Shown here one piece after another: positions 52,739 through 64,000 of a stretch of 64,000 nucleotides of DNA. The DNA lies in the NCBI GenBank assembly GCA_951406725.2, contig OX597822.1, positions 51,956,001 through 52,020,000 of the forward strand. The letters run 5' to 3'. The position numbers and the translations under genes are program-made. Position 1 is the stretch's first letter. Each line of letters opens with the position of its first letter. The notes under the pieces were generated by a model. That model saw only the letters and a program-made list of their open reading frames with translations, had not been told where the DNA came from and ran no database searches. Origin of the DNA: Octopus vulgaris (lineage: Eukaryota).

Positions 52739-54651
52739 GCACTAGATAAATAAATACTAACATTTTCATATTCAAAATCTTATCATATAAAATTTAACAT
52801 TTAAAATGTGACGGCTAACTAGATATATTGCAAGAATATAAAAATGAGGAATATATATAATAGAAATAATTTTTTTAATAATATCGAAGAAACGAGAAAG
52901 GCAAGAAAGGAAAAGAGACAAGAGATAAGATATAAAGTAATAAATGAAAGAGGAAAGGAAAGAATTAAGCAGAAATAAAATTGAGAAAAAGTAAAGAATA
53001 AACAGTACAAAAGAGACAACGATAAAGAGAGAATAAATGGCGTATGGCATGATTCTCTATATTATAATCTAAGTGAGTATTAGATTTCCTGATGTTAGAA
53101 GTAAATATAGAAGGAAGTATATGTGTGTGCATGGGGATGAGATAGAAAGAGAGAGAATGATAGAGAGGGGGAGAGAGTGATGGGAAAATAAAAGTATAAG
53201 AAAAAAGGCATAAAAATCGGCTTGAGTTAATATCCATGGATGGGAAGAGAAAAATGTGGAGTGAGGTAAATCTATGAAAGCATACGTAGCAAAAAGAAAT
53301 CAACACAAATGAAAAGGAAAAAAAAATGGAAGATACATAGCCAAACAAATACAAAAACGTAAGAAAACGAAAGAAAGTAGAGGGAATATATTATAGGGAA
53401 AGATAAATTTTAACTGCGTAAACGAAAAGAGTATTTTGATGCTTAAAAATATTAAAACGATATTAAAATTCAATAGACAAAAACTTATTCTTTCTAGTTC
53501 TTTCTAATTACAAGAAAATTTGAAATCAATTCACAGCCGCTTTTATACGAAGTTCCTTCGATTAACACTTCTTTTTCTGGAAGTTTGTGACTCAAAGATG
53601 TTAGTTCAAAAGAAGGAACTTGCACACTCAAAGAATATTCAAAGCACTTCGCAAAAGGTTCAAAAGACTTTGACGTATTTGAAAGAAACTGCACCTATGG
53701 ACAAATTGTTTATTCAAACTGTAGAGAGAATAAACTACTTACTTTGATGTCGACATTTCGAGAAGTGTTTGTTTCTTGTTTCTAAAATGTGAACGGATAC
53801 CTCAATACTATAACTTTTTCAAAGGCGCAGCAGCAGCACAAACTAAAACCTGCAGAATATAGTTTCTCAAATTCAACCTTTGGCTACAAATGTTTCTGGA
53901 GCATAACAAAGTCTGTGGAGCTGCTGTGAAGTAGAAGTAGTAGTGAATACCTGCTATAAAACTTATGTTCTGTCAGACCTAAATAAACCCGTTTACCAAA
54001 CTCTGTCTACTTAACATTAGTACGTCAACATATTGCTGAGATATTAACATATTACATATATATTAGGAAATGTAATTTTTAGAAGAATTATGTGGGAGAT
54101 CGGTACTTAGTTGAAGTTTCTTGCAATTACATCTTCGACTGATATGTGAAATTCACTTGTTATGGTTGCTTGTATAACTGTGACTAACATTCGGTGAAAC
54201 TATTATAGTACTCAGAAAACTCTTATAGTAACTCGGAAAGGATTAAAATGCCTCTCTACACATCAGAGAAGTGGTATTTTATTGTATTTGCGACAAAAAA
54301 ATACGGAAGACTATAAGAAATAAGAGTGCGCTTACGCGTCTTACATAAATGTATATACATATATTACGCTTCTATGTGTGTAATTGTCTTTGTACACGTA
54401 TGTGTGTGTGAATGTATAAAGTTTTGTACAGGTAATCTTTAATTGTTTCTTTATACCTAACTGCTTCGTGTACCTGTCGTAAGTCGTTTAAACAAAGAAT
54501 TAATACATTTATCATACGGTAATAACATATTCTACGCACTTTTAACACGCGTGTGTATTGCATATATCACGTTTTTCTACGAAAACAAAAATAGTGTATA
54601 CATGTATATATGTATGTATGTATGAATGTATGTATATTTGTACGTATGTAA

Positions 54652-54694
<43 letters not shown>

Positions 54695-54732
54695 TACACT
54701 CACACAAACACACACACATGTGTATATATATG

Positions 54733-54830
<98 letters not shown>

Positions 54831-54861
54831 CGTACAAATATACATGCATGAGGTATATATA

Positions 54862-55157
54862 CATGAGGTTGTGATCTCGAATCCCGGACCGGGCTGCGTG
54901 TTGTGTTCTTGAGCAAGACACTTTATTTCACGTTGCTCCAGTTCACTCAGCTGTAGAAATGAGTTGCGACGTCACAGGTGCCAAGCTGTATCGGTCCTTG
55001 CCTTTCCCTTGGACAACATCGGTGGCGTGGAGAGGAGAGGCCGGTATGCATGGGCGACTGCTGGTCTTCCATGAAACAATCTTGCCCAGACTTGTGCCTC
55101 AGAGAGTAACTCTCTAGGTGCAAACCCATGGTCAGTGTCTGACCGAAGGGGGTCTTA
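54862..55157 (+). mobile_element. tRNA-derived SINE family D (5' clipped)
   Basis: B-box-like tctcgaatccc followed by gtgttcttgagcaagacacttt (CORE/V-like central motif); lies in a TA-rich tract. Confidence 0.75.
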
Positions 55158-56552
55158 ATATATATATATGTATATTGATAAATATAGGTATATATCTATA
55201 TTTTTATATATATATTTGCATGTGTTTGAGCGTGTGGGATTGATTTGTGTGAGAGAGAGAGAGAGTGGATGTCCCAGTTAGTGTTTAGTGTTCATGCCAA
55301 TATAACGTGTACTTCATATTTCAGAAAACTAATTCATAACAATTCTATTAGTACATGCATCTGCAAATCATAAATTGCTCTAAATAATTTAACCACAGTT
55401 TGTTTACTTCATATAATACAACGATTATTTACCTTCTAAATCCAAGTACGTGATTGTAGAATTTGTTTTGGGGATCACTAAAAATATTATCAGTTAAATA
55501 CGATGCTTAATTTAATCAACCGAGTCTCTACCTTAATTAGCAGCTATGTGCCAATGTTAGCTATTGATAACTTTCCAAAAAATTTATATGTGACCGCTGT
55601 CTTTTTTCTGGTTTGCTATGACAGCTTTGTCGTTTCCATGGTCTATTTTCTTATAAAAGCAGGTCACAAGTTTATCAGTCGCACGTACTATTCATTATAC
55701 TGGATATTTAAATAAAATAGTTTATTGAAAGTGTTCCAACGTCGTATCTACTTCCTACAGAGTCTTTGAAATTCTTGCCAACTAAAACTATACCTAATAT
55801 ATATCTAATTATCGCTAGAAGAATTCCATTTTCACTCTTTTTTTAATTTTGTTTTGTATTTTATAATGATTGTCTGCTTCTTTTCTGTCTGTCAGAATCT
55901 AGAAGTTCAAACACTTTTCCTTTCGCAGTTCTCAACACAATACCTATACAATACTTCTGGCAAGCAGGATTCCTGAAATCAGTCAATATGCTATTCTTCT
56001 AAATAATACTTACTAACCTCTCTTCGTATTATTTTTGTTTTAATTTTTTTATATATATGATAGTCTTCCTTTATTCAGCACAAAACATCAATGCGCATCA
56101 AAGGATTCCCCTGAGTCATACAGATAATTACCAAACTTCTTCTGAAAAGATAATACCACCACTATTGCTGGTAAGAAGTTAGTAGGTGTTACAGTAGAGA
56201 ATTAGACATATCGAAAAATGTGGTAGTATTTTATCCATAACAAAACCAACCGAATCCCAACAAAATAACTACTCAAAGATGGTTTGGTTGATAATGAGGT
56301 ATTGGGTCTGTCTGAACATAATTTGAAACTAACAACTCGCATTCCACGGCGAGTAATACAGTGATTCATTTGTTTGGTGTAACTAGAGTACTATCGCTGA
56401 AACAAATTAATTCTCCTTTCACTCTCTCTCTCTCTTCTTTAACCATATTCATTTATTCCATTATTTCTAAACATTGTATTTAATTTGTATTGTTTCATTC
56501 GTTCTGTACAATACACACACACGCACACGCACGCACACACGCACACACACAC

Positions 56553-56600
<48 letters not shown>

Positions 56601-57524
56601 CCCTTGGTGTCGTGCCACTTCCGGTCTACCTGTCGTTCGCTACAACATCTGTCTGTGTTTAGACTGTCTCTGCACTGACGTCACACGGACTCCCGCCTTC
56701 GCTGTGAACAGGAATTATCATTCTCTCTTCATTTCTTTGCGCCATACGGGCTCAATTCTCTACCTCTCTTCCTCTGACACCAACCGCGCACGGATTCCTC
56801 TACACCTGCCACATTCAACTGACTCTCTCCACCTACACACCTGTATAATGCCTACGTTGGTTCCCTCACACTAACACACCACTACACAAACATCCATACA
56901 CACCGTTCAACTCATCAATCACTTCACACACCATTACAAACACTCCCACAAACACCTTCCCACTACACACGGACACACACAGAGTAACACCGAACACTTC
57001 TCAGCACTCACACCACACACTGTCATGTACGCAGCTACACACAATATTTAATAGCGTCACCATAAATACCACTATACAAGCAGCCACACACACCGTTTAA
57101 CTCAGTACACACGTCACGCAGTTTCATGCACACTCTCACAACCACACAAGCGCATAATACCTGAACACAGACAATATATACACACACACGCAACACGCAT
57201 AGACAAAGATAAATTTCGCTCACAAACATCCACTGTACACATGCACACTATTTGGTCACACACAAACATGCACATATGATCACACTACCTGAACAAGCAC
57301 ATATCAACTGCTACACACAGCACACACACGTTATCCACAAACACAAACACAAACACACACACGTTCGCCACACACACACAAACACACACAAAAAAGTAGC
57401 CAGACACATACACACACTCACCCGCACATACGTACTCATTCATTCTCACATATGCATTCACACATATACTCACTCATTCACGCATATACACTCACACACA
57501 CGCTTGCGCACCTTCATTCGTTAC

Positions 57525-57591
<67 letters not shown>

Positions 57592-57605
57592 TTATTATTA
57601 TTATT

Positions 57606-58142
57606 GAGCGAGAGAGCAGTTCATACCATCAAAGTGACACTGGGGTAAAATATATGAAGCCCAGTATACCCATCATGACTACCCGTCTGATAAGGGTACA
57701 CCAAGCACATGCATCACAACCATATGTGCGCGACATGGTGATCTAATATCAAGATAAACAGAACATGACCTTGCAGGTGGGGCCCAGTTAGAATTTTCTT
57801 CAGGTCGAGTAACCCATCCCACTCAAAAGGTACCTGAATAAGGGTTGTTTAAGGATGTTGAACGAAACACCCATGTTTCCAGAGGTGAATTATTCAAACC
57901 CCAAAGAATCCCCCTCAACACATGGCTATGATGCTCCCCCACTACTTCTGCTCGTGATCAGAGATGCACATAACGTCAGCCACCAAGGGACATGCTCAAC
58001 TGGTTAAGGTCAAACAACTGACAAGCAAATCTGTGGTATTGAGCAGAATATTTGCTGTAGCCCATCTTTTATACCAAAACAAAACAATGTACATGATAAC
58101 ACTTCCAATCAGTTAAGATCAGAAGCCATGAGAGCCACTGCC
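57606..58142 (-). mobile_element. Non-coding interspersed element of about 540 bp in (TAA)n
   Basis: Homologues at 41252-41540 and 27387-27436; (ATT)n on both sides. Confidence 0.8.
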
Positions 58143-58151
58143 TTGTACTGC

Positions 58152-58245
<94 letters not shown>

Positions 58246-58596
58246 TCCCTTCCATTAAGATACTTTTTAGCAGTCATCTCGCCATGTTGGACCGTTGAAC
58301 TCTGTACATTTAGTTTTCTGTAAATTTGAAATATATATCCATAGTATATACATATATTATATATATATGTACATGTATAAATATATTATATATATATATG
58401 TACATGTATAAATATATATATTTACAAATGTGTGTGTATATATATATGGTAATAAGTGATCATTTATGAATATATATATATATATATATTGTTGTTATTA
58501 TTATTATTATTACTTTTTTTTCTTCTTCTTTCAAATTTGCTTCCATTTCTTGCCGAATGTCTTCCCGACTCCTAGGGCAAAGAAACTCATAGTATA

Positions 58597-58680
<84 letters not shown>

Positions 58681-58802
58681 CATCATCATTACTATTATCA
58701 TTATCTCCCTTTCATTGACCTTCTTTTCTGCAGTCATCTCTCCCTGTTGAACCGTTGAACTCTGTACCCTTTTTCTGTTAATTGGAACTATATATCCATA
58801 TA

Positions 58803-58849
<47 letters not shown>

Positions 58850-58878
58850 TTTAAAATGTGTTTTTATGTATATCTTTA

Positions 58879-58940
<62 letters not shown>

Positions 58941-58943
<3 letters not shown>

Positions 58944-59460
58944 GTAGCAAAAAAATTCAAGAAAAATTCAAGAAAAATTTTCTGCAACCAGCGGTCAAGT
59001 GAGAAAGTAGAAATTGTCACAGACTATATAATATATTCAACAATAGTATTAAGGAATGACCCTGACAGGCCGTTCAACTCACTTGAAAGAGCAGCTAAAC
59101 TCAAACCGCAAAATAGTAGTAATTCTGAAACTAAAGGAGAAATAAAAACATTTATCCCCTTCAACTTTGTACCATGCATAGTTTCAAACTCGAGGCTTCG
59201 GTGGTGCTGCCTCATGTGTATATATTTTCCTTTCTTTGGCTACTTTGCTGATGAGACAAGCCAATCGTAAACGGATTCAATTTAATTTAATTAAATTCGA
59301 TTACGTAAAAATGTTGAACCTATGCATGGTACAAAGTTGAAGGGGATAAATGTTTTTATTTCTCCTTTAGTTTCAGAATTACTACTATTTTGCGGTTTGA
59401 GTTTAGCTGCTCTTTCAAATGAGTTGAACGGCCTGTCAGGGTCATTCCTTAATATTATTG

Positions 59461-59470
<10 letters not shown>
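58941..59470. mobile_element. Fold-back element in (TA)n with hammerhead
   Basis: Near-identical arms at about 59030-59184 and 59316-59470; tail at 58941-59023. Confidence 0.9.
59242..59337 (+). ncRNA. Type-I hammerhead motif (GAAA>GAAC in this copy)
   Basis: ACTTTG-CTGATGA-GACA..TGTT-GAAC-CTATGCATGG-TA-CAAAGT. The inverted arm retains GAAA. Confidence 0.75.
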
Positions 59471-59509
<39 letters not shown>

Positions 59510-60039
59510 TATATATAATCACTTCCTCCCATTTGTTTTCTCTGCAAAATTTCTATATTATGTCCTATGTACCGTTTTTTTATCTATTCAACGCTACTTG
59601 TTTAAAAAAAATCACAGAACCCTCTTTGTTCATTGTCTTTTGGTGTCGTTGTTTCATGGAATTAAATAAATCTGATTAAAATATTTAAAGAGCTCTTGCA
59701 TTTCACTTTCCAACGCGTTCCTCTGATAGCTATGAATATTTTGATTCTTTTGTTTATAAAGCTTTCATATTATTCTATGAAAATTGTGGCTTCAAAAGTT
59801 GAAAAGAATCTTCGATTAGTTTGTTTCTGTCAATTAATTTATAATGGATTTTCTAAGCACTTCTTGTTATTTTCTTACATTTATGCATAATCAGCGCTTC
59901 TTTGTAAGAGTTATAATATATTTTCTGCATAATTAGTTACCGCTTAATATTCTACCGTCTTTCTCATACATCCTTTAATCTGCATCCACTGAAAACGGTC
60001 TATTTCTCTGTACCTGGCAAAGTAGGAATCTATAAGTAA

Positions 60040-61000
60040 TTGTTGTAATGCTGACGAAGGAAACATTCATGAAGGTACACACCGAGAGTTTCCGACCTTT
60101 AACTCTTTTGAACGCATAGCTTAAGATTTTGATCATAATGCTCATGATGACGTTGTTGATTGTCGTTAATGATGTGATCGGAAATTCGTGGAAATGTTCA
60201 GGTTCGGACTTACGTATTCACAACAACGTGCGCTCTTTCAAATACATTAAAAAGAAGGATTATAGTGAACCCAGTTTTAATAAGGTTCTAATCCACTAAG
60301 ATGAAGCGAAAGTTCTCAACGGGGTCAAACATTGGTACTTGATAACAATCCTCAGGGCAAAAGATTTACACACTAAATTGCTTCAAAGTAGGGTCGTGTG
60401 TCTGGTTTTGAGTGACCACTTACACTCTCCAACTTTCATACCAATTTGTCAAAAGTGAAAATGGTGTCCTCCGATTGTGATTAACGTTGAAGAAGCTGAC
60501 GGAAATCCGTCTTGAACTTGGATAGTAGAAGAGCTAAGTCGACATTGACAGACGACGTGAAAGTAAAGGTGTAAAACATGAAAGAAATCAAGATGGTCGC
60601 TATCATACTGAAAAAAACAGGATTGTAACAGGAACTTTCAAAAACTGTTAGTGCTCTGGAGACGCACATTCCAGCAAGATATCGTTATAGGACACCAGAC
60701 CAACGATCATGTCAATATACTTGGGGTTCATTTAGGCCTGAGGTCCGGGTGGATAGAGAAATTACTTATGCTGAAGCTGTGGCTTCATCAAAGGTTCCTG
60801 CACTTTGAACAGGTGTGGTCGGTATTTCTCAGATAACGTTTCTACAGCCTATCACATTGATGATATTGCAACGTAATGAAGATTAAAATAGTGGGATTGA
60901 CCGATGGAAATTTTGTTAGATGTGCACACTTCTTTACCATTTGAGCAACGTAACAATTTATAGAAGATTACTGATGGTCAAGAGTGACGATTTCTCATGG
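60040..61000 (+). mobile_element. Highly decayed L1/Tx1-like RT remnant
   Basis: ESFRPLTLLNA*LKIL near 60084 resembles RPITLLNxDxKIL. The remaining similarity is weak. Confidence 0.5.
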
Positions 61001-61252
61001 AGAAACGAAGCGTCAAGTAAGATCAGCTGGTTAGCCTATTCCATATTTTTCAAATCGAGACTGTGGAGCAATTTAACTCGTGTAGCTTGAAATTTATGGT
61101 TTGGTAAATCTTCCTTTAACTAATTCTGATTTAGCGAATTCTCATCTGATTTTTTCTCCTGAAAATGCATTTTTTTAAAAATTAGAATGCATTTTCGCTT
61201 TACAGTATAACATAATATTACTGTATTTCATAATGTTACGTATGTACAGTAA

Positions 61253-61455
61253 GGTGGCGTGCTGGCAGAATTGTTACCGAGCCGGACAAAAATGCTTAGA
61301 GGCTTTACGTTCTGAGTTCAAATTCCGCTGGGTCAATTTTTGCCTTTCACCCTTTCGAAGTCGGCAGAATTGTTACCAGTGGGACACTGAGGTGTATGTA
61401 TCCGACTTATCCCTTCCCCTGAAATTGCTGGCCTTGTGCCAAAATTTGAAGCCAA
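61253..61455 (+). mobile_element. SINE family A, degenerate
   Basis: gctggcagaa..ttacgttctgagttcaaattccgc..ttgcctttcaccctttcg. Confidence 0.75.
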
Positions 61456-62327
61456 TACTTTATATACAGTGGTTAAGTCCTACTACGGATATCTAGTTTT
61501 GAACATTAGTTTTTGTGTCTTTATTTTGTTTTTGTTTTGTTTTTTGTCAGTCTTCGCGTTTAGGTTTTACTTTCGGGAAACCTGTCAAACGTTGTTCCTG
61601 TCACATTCAATATATCATTCAATATCTTTGGAATCACTTTATGATGTATGTTTGATATTTTACAGTAATTTAGAAGTTCGTTATTTCCTGCTGCTTTCTA
61701 ATAGCTTATATTCAGTGACGTCTGGACTACTTCTTGGATTGCCGTCTTCATTTCCTCTTTACATTATTCTTTTAATCTGCTTGCTGATGGCGCCATATTT
61801 CTTTCCTTTCCAATTTCAATGACGCTGTAGAAAAATTGGGTAAGGTGGAGAGAAAGTGTCTTTTTTCTTTAAAGAATTGTTGTCTCATCTAATAATGGCA
61901 AATTTAGCAAGATTCTTGCTGGAGAGTACATTCTTTTATAAAATACTGTATTTATTCAATGTTTTTCTTCTGGGGTTTTTTTTCTTTTGCATTGTTTTTT
62001 TTTCTTGTCATTTGTGTCTTTCCTGTGTCGATTCCATTGAAAGTTGTTTCTATTCTGTTCCCTGCATTTCCTGGCTCTTTTCTCAACTTACTTCTCTCTA
62101 GATGCTCCTATATATATATATATTATAAAGTTCCCATTTTGTAACTAAAGCAGCTGCTTCATCGACTGTGATTTAACCTGACAAAATTAATGTTCACCTC
62201 TAGCTTCAGTATGTCTATAATGTCTAACTTTGAGTTCTTGCCTTCCTTATTTATCGTTACGATTTACCATTTGAATAGTGTGTTATTAGCCCACATAAAG
62301 ATTATCTAGTAGACTAATGCCTTACTC

Positions 62328-62520
62328 AAAGCGGCGAGCTGGCAGAATCTCTACCGTGCTCGGCAAAATTACTTAGCGGCATTTCTTCCGGCTTAGCGGC
62401 CTTTTGTCCGTCATTATGTTCTGAGTTTAAATACAGCCGGAGTGAACTTGCCTTTCATCTTTTCAGGATCTATAAAATTGGTGCCAGCTGAGTACTAGGG
62501 TCGATGTAATCGACTTAACC
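62328..62520 (+). mobile_element. SINE family A, degenerate
   Basis: gcggcgagctggcagaa...gggtcgatgtaatcgactta. Confidence 0.8.
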
Positions 62521-62529
62521 CTATGCCTA

Positions 62530-62860
62530 ATTCAATTCAATTTTCAATTCAAATCAATTTTTATTGGTTCAAAAAGCAAAAGCAAGGCCATGTAGGGGAC
62601 AGGGAGTTATGTACAGGGAGGGTGGTCATACAAAGAGTTCAGGCCATTTCTGGTCAAGAGACACTTTGAACCGAGCAGTCGGAGGCATCTTCACTATCTC
62701 GTGCGGCAGCTTACTCCACGGATCCGCAACCCGGACGGAGAAAGCCCGTCTCCTTCGATTGAGATGAAATCGTCGTAGATAGAGCTTTTCGGAGTGACCC
62801 CGCAGCCCACGCTCTGGAGCAGGAGTGAAGAACAGCTCTTTCGAGAGGTTACACTTTCCA
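62530..62860 (-). mobile_element. CR1-like LINE 3' end
   Basis: APERGLRGHSEKLYLRRFHLNRRRRAFSVRVADPWSKLP..FKVSLDQKW, then AATAAA and an (ATTGA)n-like tail. Confidence 0.88.
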
Positions 62861-64000
62861 CTTATGATGTTGTGAGCGAGAATGAGATCACCACGGTGTC
62901 GTCGTTTTTAAATACTAGCCCTGCATTAAAATTTGAAACCAGATTAATGTCTTATTCAAAATTTCTAGCTTTAGATGTTTCTCCCCTTAGACTTTTCTAA
63001 TATTCACACATGTTCAAATTTTCGTTGATGGTCTCTGTGAAAGATAATGTTGGTCAGTATTTTGTTAATACTTTGCGTTGAGTTTAAGCTTGTTTTAATT
63101 CTGTTTAGTCTGTCTTTAGGTTCCAATTGTTTATAGCTTTAACATGTTCTTTTTAATTTTTTTGTTATTTGCATTCTTATTATTTGATGCATCTTCATTG
63201 TTTTATATTTTCATCGTGTATTCTACGTTCAGGGTGGTGAGTGGTTAGAAAGTGCACAAAATAATTTGCATTATATGCATGTACAGGTTCTTTAGTTATA
63301 AGTTCAAACACCACCGAGCTCAAATTTCATTCCATCCCCCGAGCAATTAAAAAGTGCTATGTCGATGTTATGCTCAACATTTCTGCATAAATTAGAAATT
63401 ATTAGGATTATATGCTTAAGTGAACTACTTCCATACCTGACAGCGCATAATTCTAAGAATACACCTTCGTAACTTTTTCAAATTCTTTGACATCCTAAGT
63501 TAATTTAAATTTCAGTGATTATTTTCCTCTGGCGATTATGAGGATGTCAGTTATGATGTACTTCATAACTTTAAAATATTCATGTAGTATCTAAATATTG
63601 TTTTCGTAGTCATGTATACTAATTATATTCAATTTTCAGAACTCGAGGTGCAAAACCCAGCAATCTTATATTGTCTTTATTTTCATGAAATGCCAGTTTC
63701 TTTTCTTTACATACGCCATTTTATAATTTCAGTGTTTTCAATTCAAATATATTATTCAGCCTTTAACTTCCTGTCGAACAATGAGTCTTAATTTGCATTA
63801 ATCATGTTTTTTTCTGTTTATTGTTTTGTTTTTCTTTTTCTATATTTTTTTAGCTCCGAGCTAAATTTGTTAGGTGTTGTTATTCTTCGTTAACCCTAGC
63901 ATATCTATCATCAAAAGTATATCATTCATGTTCACCCCGTAAATTATCTAGCACATAATGTCTCTCCCCAGTTTTTAAATGCCTCGCAATATTTTATTGT

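Noticed and set aside
53494-54010. Coding-looking unique stretch
   Set aside because: Stops occur in all frames examined and no family was recognised; a tBLASTx search would be needed.

Overview
AT-rich eukaryotic DNA with very dense microsatellites and no recognisable host-gene exon. The SINE families and the (TA)n/(TACA)n/(TAA)n density resemble an Octopus (coleoid cephalopod) intron or intergenic region; that assignment is an inference. Nearly all listed ORFs are microsatellite artefacts. The real coding traces are decayed transposons: RTE, R4/Dong-like, CR1-like and L1/Tx1-like LINEs, several Tc1/mariner copies, and three Penelope-like (RT/GIY-YIG) fragments. The most striking pattern is a set of short non-coding fold-back elements from unrelated sequence families, embedded in (TA)n tracts. 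Most share the layout (TA)n - unpaired tail - short TA-rich motif - arm - spacer - inverted arm - (TA)n. Most also carry minimal type-I hammerhead ribozyme motifs (CTGANGA...GAAA-short palindrome-TH). I count about 15 such motifs or remnants, with intact cores at 16727-16785, 43466-43551 and 43711-43796. One Penelope 3' region also carries a tRNA-Arg-derived cassette upstream of its hammerhead. All calls were made by eye, and boundaries of decayed elements are approximate.
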